From: a virus
DNA length: 64,000 nt
IMG/VR virus record: IMGVR_UViG_3300020470_005894
Span: 29,915 to 93,914 of that record
Reading direction: 5' to 3' (one strand)
Under the pieces are notes generated by a model. That model ran no database searches and was not told where the DNA came from. It saw only the letters and a program-made list of their open reading frames with translations. This document shows positions 8,762-19,017 of the stretch, in pieces. How positions within the stretch are numbered: the stretch's first letter is position 1; the number at the start of each line of letters is the position of its first letter. The position numbers and the translations under genes are program-made.

Positions 8762-10897
8762 TTAATTGGCAAAATCTGTTTCCATACCAATGGTTGGCCG
8801 GCCCTCTGCGCGGGCCTTCATTATTGCTTTAGTTCGGTTAACTGCGTCGACGCTAGCGCTTTCTTTAATTGACTGTATTGTTTTTCCATCTAATATAATA
8901 TTAGATGTTATATCAGCTTGCAGTAATGAACCATTTTCAAGCGCTTCCGCAATACGAACTAATTGGTCCCCGGCGGGACCGCCTGTAGCGCCACGCATTC
9001 TTTCAGCTGCTAGCTCCATTAATCCGGGTGTCTCAACAGTACCGGGTGCTCCCGCTGCAGGCTTAGGTATCGCCTCTAGGCCTACTGCCTGAGCTACTGT
9101 AGGTGCTACCTGGCCTGCTAAACCAACAGCTGTCAAGCCTAAAGCTTTACCAGCTGCTTCTGAAAAGTTGCCCTCTGCGAGTGCAGCTGCAGCATCCGTT
9201 GTTCCGCCAACCAATAATTCATAAGCTGCCACGGTGCTAATTGCAGAAGCTTCAGCGTCTTGTAACATTGTGTATATTTTATTGAAAGAGTTGCTCATAA
9301 TATTTGAGCCCTCTACAGCCATCTTTCTAGTTCTGTTGACCCACTCAGAAAAACCTGCTTCAAGTTGTGAAAAGCTTCTAGTAGCTTGCTCAGTGGTAGT
9401 GAATGTGCCTTGAATCTGCTTTTGCATGTCTGCTGTTGATTTTGCAGTCGTATCAATATTTGCTGCTCTTACTTCATAATCGTCAGCGGCGCCTTCTCTC
9501 AACAAACGACCTGCCTCTTCGGCGTTGGTTAAACCAAGAGTGTTCATAATAGCCATTTTTTGATGCTTATTAGCTGTCTCAAAAGTAACGCCAGATCTTT
9601 CCATTGCATCTTGGATCATCAATATTTTCTCATCAGCGTCAGCCATGGCTAAATCAGTCATTGACAACAAGTTATCACCCATAACTGCATTAAACTTAGC
9701 AGCTGCTTCTGCGGCGCCCTTGAAAGTATCGAGGCCTGAGGCAATTGTACCGAGTCGCTCGACGCTGATACCCGTCGCTATAGACTGAGCCTCTAAGTTA
9801 GAAAACACGTTGATTGCTTCATCACCATACAAGCTCATTTGTGGAAACGTTGTGGAAAAATTATCAAATGCACGATTAGTAGAAATTTCCAAGCTGTCAG
9901 CAACTGAAACTAGCGATCTTGTTGACAAAACTGATGCTTCTGGTGTTAAGCCCAAGCCTTTATTAAACTTATCAATAATCCCGGTTGATGTATTGGCGCT
10001 GACATTAAGTTTTTCCAAACCAACGATGTTATTAGTTGTAAAAGCAGTTAAACCTTCGTTTGCGTCCATGAAAGATGGTCTAAATTCATTTACATTATTT
10101 AAAATTGCTGTTAAAACTGGACCTGTATCAGACGCGTTAGTGCCGATATCTTGCAAGCCGCCGCCTAAGTCTTGAAAAATCTTAACTTGCTCTGGATCTG
10201 CTATTCTAGAAAAATAGACTGGATCTGCAGCTGCTGACATTGTGGTGTTCCAATCGCCAATTAAGCCAGTTTGCTTAGCAATTGCTGCGCTTTGTTGGTC
10301 CATGGCAGGCAGGCCGGCTGCCATATCTTGTTGTAAACCTCTTACAAAATCTTCTCCAAAAGTGGCTGCGAGAAAAGCCATTTCAGCGTTTAACCCAGAT
10401 ATACCCTCTGAGAATCCAGTTGCTATGCCTGGTGCAACTTTAGCACCTAACTCAACTAGATTGTCCGTATCTTGTTCTTGCTGCTGCATCAACCTAAGAC
10501 GATCTTCATTGACTTCGTTCATGCCTTGACGTTGTCTTCTGTAAAATTCTTCTGTTTTTTCTCTAGTGCCTTGAAGAGCAGCATCAATTTCAGCCTGATT
10601 GGCTGTATAGGCCTCTGCTTTAGCTTGGTTCTCAAGTACTTCGCGCTTGATAGACTGTATTTTTTGCTGATCTATCACGCCCTCTTGCTTCATCAGCTCT
10701 ATTTTTCTCTGTTGAGAGGCTAAAAATTGTTGCTGTTGTTGGCTAGCAGCTTTAATTTGATTAAGTATAACAGCGTACTGAGCCAATTGTCTTTGTTGCT
10801 CAGGACCAAGCTCATCACCAAGAGCCTTAAGTTTCGTCAACTCAGCAGCAATTTGCTTTGCTATTTCAGCGACTTCTTCTGGTGTTCTCTGTGACAT
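8762..10897 (-). CDS. Tape measure protein
   Basis: 711 aa, Ala/Gln-rich and helical, directly downstream of the tail chaperone and tube genes. Confidence 0.75.
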   Translation of the reverse strand: MSQRTPEEVAEIAKQIAAELTKLKALGDELGPEQQRQLAQYAVILNQIKAASQQQQQFLASQQRKIELMKQEGVIDQQKIQSIKREVLENQAKAEAYTANQAEIDAALQGTREKTEEFYRRQRQGMNEVNEDRLRLMQQQEQDTDNLVELGAKVAPGIATGFSEGISGLNAEMAFLAATFGEDFVRGLQQDMAAGLPAMDQQSAAIAKQTGLIGDWNTTMSAAADPVYFSRIADPEQVKIFQDLGGGLQDIGTNASDTGPVLTAILNNVNEFRPSFMDANEGLTAFTTNNIVGLEKLNVSANTSTGIIDKFNKGLGLTPEASVLSTRSLVSVADSLEISTNRAFDNFSTTFPQMSLYGDEAINVFSNLEAQSIATGISVERLGTIASGLDTFKGAAEAAAKFNAVMGDNLLSMTDLAMADADEKILMIQDAMERSGVTFETANKHQKMAIMNTLGLTNAEEAGRLLREGAADDYEVRAANIDTTAKSTADMQKQIQGTFTTTEQATRSFSQLEAGFSEWVNRTRKMAVEGSNIMSNSFNKIYTMLQDAEASAISTVAAYELLVGGTTDAAAALAEGNFSEAAGKALGLTAVGLAGQVAPTVAQAVGLEAIPKPAAGAPGTVETPGLMELAAERMRGATGGPAGDQLVRIAEALENGSLLQADITSNIILDGKTIQSIKESASVDAVNRTKAIMKARAEGRPTIGMETDFAN

Positions 10898-10962
10898 ACA
10901 ACAAAACCTCTCCTAGACTTAATAAATAGTCAACAAAAAGAAATTAAAAAGCACAACAAGCA

Positions 10963-11124
10963 CTATAGCTTGCTATTATTGACAGCGTCAGCCTCTAGCT
11001 CAAATTGATGTTTTAATTTACCTATATACCATCTTCGAAGTCCAATAGGTAAGTTGTAAGCCTCTAAAAAACTAAAAATACCATGATATTGCAATATAAA
11101 AAATTCTTCATAGACAGTTTCCAT
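10963..11124 (-). CDS. Unannotated 53-aa ORF, probable C-terminal (T) part of the tail assembly chaperone
   Basis: METVYEEFFILQYHGIFSFLEAYNLPIGLRRWYIGKLKHQFELEADAVNNSKL; the frame stays open upstream into the T7 run at 11143-11149. Confidence 0.7.
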   Translation of the reverse strand: METVYEEFFILQYHGIFSFLEAYNLPIGLRRWYIGKLKHQFELEADAVNNSKL

Positions 11125-11131
11125 GTACTGC

Positions 11132-11974
11132 TCATCTAGGCCAAAAAAATTCCGCAGAAAGCGGCACCTCCATTTCCTTTTGGTGAAAGCATCTTTTGCA
11201 GGTAAAATCCTCTTTAAGCTCCACCGATGGCACTAGTTTTGCATAAATATTACGCAAATATCTTGAATCTTTTGCTGGCATGTTGTCAATAAATTGTTCT
11301 ACTTCTTTTCGGTCATAAGAGCCGTCGACAGACTCAATAAATGCAGAAAGAGCAGTAGTTATTCTTCTTTCATCGTTCTCAGAAGATAGTTTAGAAAATT
11401 CTCTTTCTGCGTGGCTATCTAATAATCTAAGACCAATCTTTAAATTTGTAACTGGAGGCCTAACTACTAGCAAGTTTGTAGAATAATCAATATTGACAGA
11501 ATTTTCTTCCATAAAAGTTTCGTCAAAACAGTTTTGGTTTATAGTCGCCTTTTCTAGATCAAATAAAAGATCGTTTTTGGTGCCACAATTTGGACATGTA
11601 ATTTTAGTTTCGTATATATTACCGTATCCTGAAATTCTAGCAGCCAACATGATAGCTGACCGGTCGCCAATAAATAAAGTAGAAGGATCTACCTCTGTAA
11701 CCAGCAAACTTTCAAACAACCTGTCCAAAACTAATTTATTTTTAATTAAGGCCGTCGAAGCTAAAATATCTTCTTCTTTAGCCGTCATGTATCTTATTTC
11801 AACTGATGACTGACCATGTAAAGGGTGCCCCTCAGGGTAGAAGGCGCCTCTAGAAGGTAAATCAACAAATTCAGTTGGTACTTGATACGATAAGCTGGCA
11901 CTACTTACGGGAGCTTTTGGAGTAGGAGTGGCATTTTGCCCGGGCCCGCTCAGGCGCCTTTGATTATTTCTCAT
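11132..11974 (-). CDS. Tail/baseplate hub assembly chaperone (T4 gp26-like)
   Basis: VDLPSRG.FYP, IRYMTAKEEDIL, two CxxC pairs (CPNC, CKRC), C-terminal FFWP; lies between tube and tape measure. Confidence 0.75.
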   Translation of the reverse strand: MRNNQRRLSGPGQNATPTPKAPVSSASLSYQVPTEFVDLPSRGAFYPEGHPLHGQSSVEIRYMTAKEEDILASTALIKNKLVLDRLFESLLVTEVDPSTLFIGDRSAIMLAARISGYGNIYETKITCPNCGTKNDLLFDLEKATINQNCFDETFMEENSVNIDYSTNLLVVRPPVTNLKIGLRLLDSHAEREFSKLSSENDERRITTALSAFIESVDGSYDRKEVEQFIDNMPAKDSRYLRNIYAKLVPSVELKEDFTCKRCFHQKEMEVPLSAEFFWPR

Positions 11975-11988
11975 TTAAGCCTCTTTTT

Positions 11989-12585
11989 TTAACCGTTGTA
12001 AACCAAACCGCCAGCAACAGACTGATAAGTAGCATAATCGTAGATGATTGTAGTGGAGATACTAACCAAATCTTCTGAGGCATACGTTAGTTTACCAAAC
12101 ATAACATTAGAAAGCCAAGCATTTTTTAAAGTCCACTCTTCAACAATTCTAGTATCGTCGACGGCGCCTTCCATGTCACCAGGATCAACGCCAACGGGCA
12201 ATATAATCCCACCGCCGTCTAGTTGTTTAATTCTTACCTCGCCAAGCGCAGAGGTTGATTGAACTTTGGTAATACCGGTTAAAAGACTAAGATTAGACTC
12301 TGGGTTGACATATCCAGCGTTTAACAGCGCGTTGTAAAACTTTGAACCAACATTTGGATCGATAGCATCCACAAATTCCATTTTAGTTGGCTGCCACTTT
12401 ACCTTGCCTGGAAATTTAAAATCATGATTTAAAACACTGTGAGTGGATTCTTTAATTTGATAGCTCGGCTTGTCGCATGTCTTAACCATAAAAGATAGAT
12501 TAGACAGCTCTGTAAAAGTAACTATAAACCTAAATTGTCTCTTAGGTTGAAAACCTCCAGGTCCTGAATTTCCAAAAAATGCCAT
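11989..12585 (-). CDS. Tail tube protein (gp19-like)
   Basis: PKRQFRF, KFPGKVKW, EEWTLKNAW...FGKLTY...YDYA; directly after the sheath gene. Confidence 0.85.
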   Translation of the reverse strand: MAFFGNSGPGGFQPKRQFRFIVTFTELSNLSFMVKTCDKPSYQIKESTHSVLNHDFKFPGKVKWQPTKMEFVDAIDPNVGSKFYNALLNAGYVNPESNLSLLTGITKVQSTSALGEVRIKQLDGGGIILPVGVDPGDMEGAVDDTRIVEEWTLKNAWLSNVMFGKLTYASEDLVSISTTIIYDYATYQSVAGGLVYNG

Positions 12586-12609
12586 TTATTTAGTCTCCTA
12601 ATTCTCTTA

Positions 12610-12617
12610 TAAATAGT
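12610..12617 (-). promoter_or_regulatory. Representative putative late-promoter motif ACTATTTA
   Basis: Same motif (or ACTAATTA) at 10923, 16078, 18762, 19970, 23502, 39595, 43587, 48586 and 63994, mostly 20-30 nt before start codons. Confidence 0.7.
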
Positions 12618-12628
12618 TCGTCTTAAAA

Positions 12629-15600
12629 TTAATCGTCAAAAGAAGCCCCGCTTCTCGTGATAATAAAGTCAAGTGCAATAAACTCAATTGCTCTTGCAGG
12701 CTTGAGGAAGATCTTCGCATACATAATATTTCTATCCACCAAATCAGGGGTGGTTGTATCTTCATCTAGCACAACCTTAAAGTCTGTCAAACCTAAGCCA
12801 GCTTGCACGCCTTCCAGGAAAGGCACAACTTGTCCAGTAAATCTATCCCAAGTTTGCTGTACATTTTGATCAAAAAGAACTCTAGAAGCGATTCTTGAGA
12901 TTTCTTTCTTTAAGAAGATTAGCAATCTTCGTACGTTAATTCGATCAAGCGCTGACTGAGTAACTTGTAGCGTCTTCTGGCCAAAAATAACGATTCCTTC
13001 AGCGGGGAAAGAGGCAATTGGGTTGATGTTAGCATCGTAGAGTGTATCTCTATCAGCTGAAGTTATCCTCTCTCTAACACCGATCACTGGAAGACCAGCT
13101 GAGCCCTCGCTAAGTCCGCCGCGTGTAAAGCCAGCTGGTGCAAACCAGACAGCCGATTTACGCTGTGAGCTTGAGAAAGTGCCTAGTGCAACAACAGAAG
13201 GCGGTACGTAAAGTACAGAATCATTAATGGTGTCTCTAATTCTAACAAACGGGTAGAAAGTACAGCCGTAGCTTGAATTAATATTTAAACCTTGTAGGTT
13301 TGTAACCACACTTGAAACTGAGCCAGCTTTTGCAGCATCAGTCGGTAGTAAAGCATGCTCATGAGGCGGCTCATAGTTGCCCTCTAGGTCAATAACTGCC
13401 ATGGCATCGCCTCGTTCTTCACAATTCTCAACCATTGCAACGTTGAGTGTCGAGTTGGTAACACCAGGTATGGCTGAAACATCATATTCGATAAATTCCT
13501 TATCAGAAGCTATGTCTAAGGCCTTTTTAATACTGTAGAAAGCATAATTTGATTTTTCTGATCCACCACTCAAAACTCTGTTTGCTAGCGGATCTTGCTC
13601 AGTAATATCAAATCCATCGAATCCACCAAACATTGGAGATGTAAATTTGTTAAATCCTTTGTCTAAAATTCCGCTCACCGAACCAGACTTGGAAGTCCAA
13701 GACTGCTGATTAGCTCTAGAACCGGATATCCAAAGTGAGTGATCAGCATCAGATAAAGATTCAGAGACATCGTCTAAAGTAAATACCCAAGACCATTGGC
13801 TCTCCGCGGAAACAATTGCATGTGGATCATGGCCTGCAGGTGAAGACCTCAAAAGATCTAAATTCGTCTCATCAAAGCGCTTGGTATCTTTGATACTGGG
13901 CTGATAGCCAAAGTATGCTTTTGTTGGTAATACCAATGAACCCTCGGAAGAAGAAACTCGCAACCTAGCAGTTGGAAATTCAAAGCTAGCTGTGATATGG
14001 TCCTGTGTGTATACCATGGTGCCGGCTACCCAATCCTGTAAGCTTTGGCCACTTCCAGTCAGAAGCGCAGTTGGCAATGATCCGCTGCCTAATGCATAAG
14101 GTGAGTCAGTTTGAGACCCACTGGCTAGGCTCCATGTTTTTGGTACGGACGGGCCGTATACACCAAATGGATGAAGGCCTCTTGCTTCGCCTGAGTCAAC
14201 AACAGGCGAAGTTTCAACTCTTATGTATTTTGATCTATTCTCATACTCGCCTAAATCAGTTATAGTTTTGTTCGTAGTGTTGTAGCCGTAATTTCGATCA
14301 CCAATTAATCGTTTAATAAAGTTAGCAGATTTTGGATTTAAGTTAACATTTGAAAAACGCTCCAAAATCTCTGGACGGTTATCATTGTCAGAAGCCTTAC
14401 GAACAACAATGCTAAAGTTACCATAATCATTAAAGTTATCAGTTGGTGCTTTAATAGCCTCAATGGAGACTTTCACGTCTCTGTTCGAAGATGCGCCGCA
14501 GCCAGGATCTTGAGTTGCCCCAGCCCCGCCCAAAGCATGAAGCTTGAACAATCTCTCAGTGTGCTGTGTTGGGTCGAAACCTGCGTAAGTGTCGCCTCGT
14601 GTGTCCTGTGATATAAACCAGCCAGTTGCCGCAGCCCGGGCATTCTGGCGCCGATCGTGCCAATTTAAATTAGAATCACTGTAGGTTCCAGCAGAAGGTG
14701 AATTTAACTGCAATATTACACCCAGCATATTTGTTTTTTGTGGTGACGATCCAGTAACTTTTAATTTGGGATTTTCTGAATCGAAAAGAGCAGATTCGTA
14801 GGTCTCGCCTAGCCAATATTTTTCTACAGTCGTCCCACCGCCAGTGTATACAACCTCACTATTAGTCTTTGTTGGATCAGTGTTAAAGACGCGTCTTGCA
14901 AAAAGCTTAGAGTCTCTGTTAAAATTAAAAGTAGTCGTTTTGAGTTCATTCTCGGTAGCACCTATAACTTTTGCCGTAAACTGCGGCCCAGACGTTGCTG
15001 TGCCAGAGCTTTTAATCAAAACACCTGCACCCTGTCGAGCAGCTCCGTCCCTAGCTGTACCGGTAAGCACTACGCCGCCATTTTGCACATACCAAACAGC
15101 AGCCAATGTACCTGTTACAGGATAATGTGCTCCGCCGTAAAGAACATTGCTAGCACCAGGAGCACCGGTGCCCATTGTAACTTGAATGTCATTTCCGACC
15201 GGGCCCGTAGTTGTTGCAGTTAGCTTAACTTGAGTGCTGCTAAGAAGTGATGCGGTGACACCGGCGATACCTGTATTGACTCCAGAGTTTGCTGCAGCAA
15301 AGTTGTGCTTGTATTGCCCGTTGCCCGTTCCAAAGTTACCGTTGATAGCGTCGACAACCGTTTCTGCAACGGTGCCAGCAGAGGGAGTAGAGCTTACTCC
15401 AACAGCTATAACTGTAGAAGTCGTCGATGAAGCGCCTGTCGCGTCCGCACCAGTTAACCTAACTGTCATTGCAGTTCCAGAGCCTCCAGCATTGCTAGGC
15501 ACCAGCACCGTAAAATCGTCACTAGCGCCGTAGCCGGAAAATTGAATTGTGCCGGCTAATGTAGAGGCAGCGGTACTACCATAAGCGTCTGGATCAGGCA

Positions 15601-16024
15601 TGACAAATAAGCCATATGCTCCGCCGGCTGACTTGAGCGCGGTATTTGGGGTGTTGTCTGTTATCCATCCAGCTAAACCAGGAGCAGTTGAGCTAGCATC
15701 AGAGGGATTTTGGCCCAATACGCGGTATACTGTACAAGGGGAGTTATTTCTCAACCAAGCTTGCACCGCATATGCTGCGTATGTAGGCGCTGTTAGAGCA
15801 CCATGCCTCCATACTTCAGTCGCTGGGCTACCGTCTGATGGGTTTCCAAAGATTGAGACAAATTCACGAAAAGAATTGACCCGTACAGGCCTGTGGGCTG
15901 GTCCTTTTTCAAAGCGCCCAATCACTAAAGGCCCCATACGCTCTGGAAGTGCTGGAATGCCTGATTCATCTATCTCATCAATAAAAATACCGGGCGATAC
16001 AAACTTAAATTTATCTACTGACAT
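12629..16024 (-). CDS. Contractile tail sheath protein (gp18-like) with large insertions
   Basis: N-terminal FVSPGIFIDEID; C-terminal WFAPAGFTRG, INPIASFP, GQKTLQ...SALDRINVRRLL, KPARAIEFIALDF. Start placed at MSVDKF (SD GAGGAG). Confidence 0.95.
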   Translation of the reverse strand: MSVDKFKFVSPGIFIDEIDESGIPALPERMGPLVIGRFEKGPAHRPVRVNSFREFVSIFGNPSDGSPATEVWRHGALTAPTYAAYAVQAWLRNNSPCTVYRVLGQNPSDASSTAPGLAGWITDNTPNTALKSAGGAYGLFVMPDPDAYGSTAASTLAGTIQFSGYGASDDFTVLVPSNAGGSGTAMTVRLTGADATGASSTTSTVIAVGVSSTPSAGTVAETVVDAINGNFGTGNGQYKHNFAAANSGVNTGIAGVTASLLSSTQVKLTATTTGPVGNDIQVTMGTGAPGASNVLYGGAHYPVTGTLAAVWYVQNGGVVLTGTARDGAARQGAGVLIKSSGTATSGPQFTAKVIGATENELKTTTFNFNRDSKLFARRVFNTDPTKTNSEVVYTGGGTTVEKYWLGETYESALFDSENPKLKVTGSSPQKTNMLGVILQLNSPSAGTYSDSNLNWHDRRQNARAAATGWFISQDTRGDTYAGFDPTQHTERLFKLHALGGAGATQDPGCGASSNRDVKVSIEAIKAPTDNFNDYGNFSIVVRKASDNDNRPEILERFSNVNLNPKSANFIKRLIGDRNYGYNTTNKTITDLGEYENRSKYIRVETSPVVDSGEARGLHPFGVYGPSVPKTWSLASGSQTDSPYALGSGSLPTALLTGSGQSLQDWVAGTMVYTQDHITASFEFPTARLRVSSSEGSLVLPTKAYFGYQPSIKDTKRFDETNLDLLRSSPAGHDPHAIVSAESQWSWVFTLDDVSESLSDADHSLWISGSRANQQSWTSKSGSVSGILDKGFNKFTSPMFGGFDGFDITEQDPLANRVLSGGSEKSNYAFYSIKKALDIASDKEFIEYDVSAIPGVTNSTLNVAMVENCEERGDAMAVIDLEGNYEPPHEHALLPTDAAKAGSVSSVVTNLQGLNINSSYGCTFYPFVRIRDTINDSVLYVPPSVVALGTFSSSQRKSAVWFAPAGFTRGGLSEGSAGLPVIGVRERITSADRDTLYDANINPIASFPAEGIVIFGQKTLQVTQSALDRINVRRLLIFLKKEISRIASRVLFDQNVQQTWDRFTGQVVPFLEGVQAGLGLTDFKVVLDEDTTTPDLVDRNIMYAKIFLKPARAIEFIALDFIITRSGASFDD

Positions 16025-16106
16025 GTCATTGCTCCTCAATTAGACAGTTCTTAAAAATATACGAACTTTTTCTTTAATAAATAGTCACACCTAGCTACAA
16101 AACCCT

Positions 16107-16958
16107 TTAAAATCTAAATTCACCGTCCTCTCCGTCAACCAAAACTCTCTCGCGAGCAAATCTGATCTGCACAGGATTCTCTCGACGAACAACTCTGGGC
16201 TGTTTTTGGTTCTTGCCATCTCCAATTAAATAGCCGAAAACATTAATGGTAATCGCTGTTTCATACTTTCTTTCATTAACCTGATAGTTTGAAATATTAT
16301 TAGAAGCCGCGTAATTTTCCTGTATAAACGCTTCGTATCTATTTAAATTGTGCTGTATCATAACTCTTTTGTGTCCATTAGAGACTCTTATGAAAGGTGT
16401 CATCAAATCATTCATCTGTTCTTGGTACTCTGTTCTAAGCGTTAATCCGTACTCAACATCAACATAAATTGGTATTGGAATCGTTATGGTCTCATAGACA
16501 ATTTTTTCATTCTTCTTAAAACGATGTAAAGGAAAATTTAGCTGTTTTTTTCTACGTAAAGCGTCTGCATTAGCAAAGTTACTTGTTTTTTCTTGCTGTA
16601 TTACTTTATTTATGGTTAAATAGCCGCCCTTGAGATCGCCAATTGGGTCAACAGTTGCGTATGGAATAGATCTGGACTTTTCACTTTTTTTAACTGCTTT
16701 TCGCTCGACAGATATTACAGGCAAAACAACCTGGCCCGTAGCGTCACGCTCGACGTTACTAGTTTTTATATTTTGTGAGCGCTCAGAGCCTGACCATATA
16801 ACAGGAACTTTTCGAAAACCTTTGTTAGTTCGTGTTTGTATTGCCAAAGTATCATTTAAAAAATTATACAATGCAAAATCTATATCTTCTAATTCAGACT
16901 TATAAAACAATACATCGCGTGAAGTTTTCTCTTCATTTCTTGTTTTTTTAGGTGCCAT
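16107..16958 (-). CDS. Tail terminator/neck protein (gp15-like)
   Basis: KVPVIW...ER, LPVISVER, PIYVDVEYGLTLRTEYQEQMNDL; position between neck and sheath. Start placed at MAPKK. Confidence 0.6.
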   Translation of the reverse strand: MAPKKTRNEEKTSRDVLFYKSELEDIDFALYNFLNDTLAIQTRTNKGFRKVPVIWSGSERSQNIKTSNVERDATGQVVLPVISVERKAVKKSEKSRSIPYATVDPIGDLKGGYLTINKVIQQEKTSNFANADALRRKKQLNFPLHRFKKNEKIVYETITIPIPIYVDVEYGLTLRTEYQEQMNDLMTPFIRVSNGHKRVMIQHNLNRYEAFIQENYAASNNISNYQVNERKYETAITINVFGYLIGDGKNQKQPRVVRRENPVQIRFARERVLVDGEDGEFRF

Positions 16959-17442
16959 CGAAATATCCCTCTCTTGTCTTAATACACTGTGCTGCAACTT
17001 CTATACGACGATCCGCTTGGCCAAATATTTCTTTGGGCTCTTTTAAGCTTACAATTTCATAAAAGTTTTTTCCATAAGCGACAAAATCGCCCTCACGCAC
17101 AAACAAGTTTTGATCTTCTGTTAATCTTCTCTTGTGAAAATGCACCGTTAGCTTTATTGCTTTATCAACTCCAAATTTATCCGTTGCTGTCTCCTCACCA
17201 TTAAATTCAACTAAAGCATGTACTCTCACAGGTGGAAGAAAGGTTTTTACAACTGCTTCATTATATAAATTATGATAATCTGTATGATCTAAGTCTATAG
17301 CATAATAAACAATTGTCTGGCCTACAACACGCTCTATTAATTCATCATTAACTTGTTTTACAAGATCTCGCTCTTTTTTACCAACAAAAAGAGGAGGTGG
17401 AGGCGATGAAGGTTGTGACCATTTGTTTTTTTCTTGTGCCAT
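16948..17442 (-). CDS. Neck/head-closure protein (gp14-like)
   Basis: LYNEA..KTF, KFGVD, REGDFV motifs; position after the gp13-like gene. Confidence 0.7.
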   Translation of the reverse strand: MAQEKNKWSQPSSPPPPLFVGKKERDLVKQVNDELIERVVGQTIVYYAIDLDHTDYHNLYNEAVVKTFLPPVRVHALVEFNGEETATDKFGVDKAIKLTVHFHKRRLTEDQNLFVREGDFVAYGKNFYEIVSLKEPKEIFGQADRRIEVAAQCIKTREGYFDGT

Positions 17443-17447
17443 TTAAT

Positions 17448-18740
17448 TTACCCTACATAAATGTACATGGGAATAGTTTTTCCCGTGTTCAGAGTGTTTT
17501 CTGTTATAGTTTTTTGTATCTCTGTCATTTTCTGATAAGTCAATTCGTCAAGCACTTTCTGCAGATCCTCTCTAAGCGCTTTTTGCTCATTTTGACCCTC
17601 GGTGACCAGCTCCTTACCGTTTAAATTAACATTATTACCTGGTATTGGAATTGTCCCAAACTTAGAGCGAATATGGCCAAGTGTCTCTTTAGACAAAGCC
17701 AGCGCAAACCTGCGGATCCACTGTTTGCCAATTGAGTTTATATTCTTATAAGGTATATTTGCTAATGGCAAAGTATTCATATTGTTAACGCCCCCCACAC
17801 GATCTGATCTGTCCTCTTGATCATCCCAGGGCTCTGGATCAATTGAGAACTCAAACCATATTTTTGTAGGCCCAACTGAAGTTGGCAAGGGGTTAATTCT
17901 TAATTTATTATTTTTAATTTGATAGGAATAATGTGAATTTCTCGTATAGATAGCGTCCTCATATGCCATGGCTTGGGCTTTGTTTTGCCATGGAGGAATT
18001 ATCTCAAATGATGAATCATCTGCGTACATTCCGTAGGTTGATAAGTTACCTACGGTGTTTAAACCACCATAATACCCATAAAATCTCCACATCGCATGAG
18101 GAGTCTTATAATAGACTCTTCTAATTATAATTCTTTTGTCGCCAACCTTATTGTAGTAAGGCATACTGCTATCACTAGTGGCAGAGCTAGAAATAATACT
18201 CTGCAAATCATAATCTTGTGTTTGTGTAACAGTGTCGACAGAACCAGAATATATTGGTACCGTGCCACCTAGACCCGTCTCACCAATACTTGAGTCCATT
18301 ACTTTTTTAGCATAACCTAAAATATATTTTGGGTATTTCAGTTCTACGTTAGAATTACTCAAAGAATCAGTTCTCTGACCATCAGAATCAAAAGTTCCAG
18401 TAACAGCACCTAGAGAACTATGGAGTATATTTTTTGACTGATGTACATTAACAATGAAAGAATATTCTAAAGTTGCCTCTTCATAAGCAGCGTAGATGTT
18501 GCCAACTGTTAACTCAATGTCTAATACATCGCCGCCTAATTTTTTGTAAGTATATGCTACCTGATCAGCAGCGCCTGTCATAAAATTAGCGTCGGCTAAG
18601 TCACCGCCAGAAGCTACGTATATACCAAAAGGATAATGACTGGTGTTTTCAGATCCATCGGCTCCCGTGCCTAGCGTGCCTGTAACTGGCAATACAACAG
18701 CTGAAGTTTGTGCTCTGGGCGTTAAAGTGGGTGTTGCCAT
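17448..18740 (-). CDS. Neck/head-tail adaptor protein (gp13-like)
   Basis: LGGDVLDIELT; WIRRFALALSKETLGHIRSKF..IPIPG..VNLNG; C-terminal PMYIYVG. Confidence 0.8.
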   Translation of the reverse strand: MATPTLTPRAQTSAVVLPVTGTLGTGADGSENTSHYPFGIYVASGGDLADANFMTGAADQVAYTYKKLGGDVLDIELTVGNIYAAYEEATLEYSFIVNVHQSKNILHSSLGAVTGTFDSDGQRTDSLSNSNVELKYPKYILGYAKKVMDSSIGETGLGGTVPIYSGSVDTVTQTQDYDLQSIISSSATSDSSMPYYNKVGDKRIIIRRVYYKTPHAMWRFYGYYGGLNTVGNLSTYGMYADDSSFEIIPPWQNKAQAMAYEDAIYTRNSHYSYQIKNNKLRINPLPTSVGPTKIWFEFSIDPEPWDDQEDRSDRVGGVNNMNTLPLANIPYKNINSIGKQWIRRFALALSKETLGHIRSKFGTIPIPGNNVNLNGKELVTEGQNEQKALREDLQKVLDELTYQKMTEIQKTITENTLNTGKTIPMYIYVG

Positions 18741-18813
18741 TCATCTGGTCTCCTATCAGTATAATTAGTTAGAAGAGAACGTTTTGTCCTGAAGACATTG
18801 GGGTATATAAAAC

Positions 18814-18849
18814 AAAACCCCGCCATGATAACTCAGGACGGGGTTTTTT
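18814..18849 (-). terminator. Rho-independent terminator, possibly bidirectional
   Basis: AAAACCCCG...CGGGGTTTT inverted repeat flanked by A and T tracts. Confidence 0.75.
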
Positions 18850-18867
18850 CTCACCAATTTTATTATT

Positions 18868-19008
18868 TTACTCTTCTTTCTTCTTTTTTGCAGGAGCTTT
18901 TTTAGGAGCAGCTTTTGCTTTTTTAGGAGCAGCCTTGGCAGCTACTGCTTTTTTTTCACGCTCAGCTTTTCTCTCCTCTATCTTTCTGATATCATTTATA
19001 ATTCCCAT
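18868..19008 (-). CDS. Unannotated 46-aa Lys/Ala/Pro-rich basic protein (histone H1-like tail)
   Basis: MGIINDIRKIEERKAEREKKAVAAKAAPKKAKAAPKKAPAKKKKEE; AGGAG SD upstream; terminator downstream. Confidence 0.7.
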   Translation of the reverse strand: MGIINDIRKIEERKAEREKKAVAAKAAPKKAKAAPKKAPAKKKKEE

Positions 19009-19017
19009 GATAATCTC

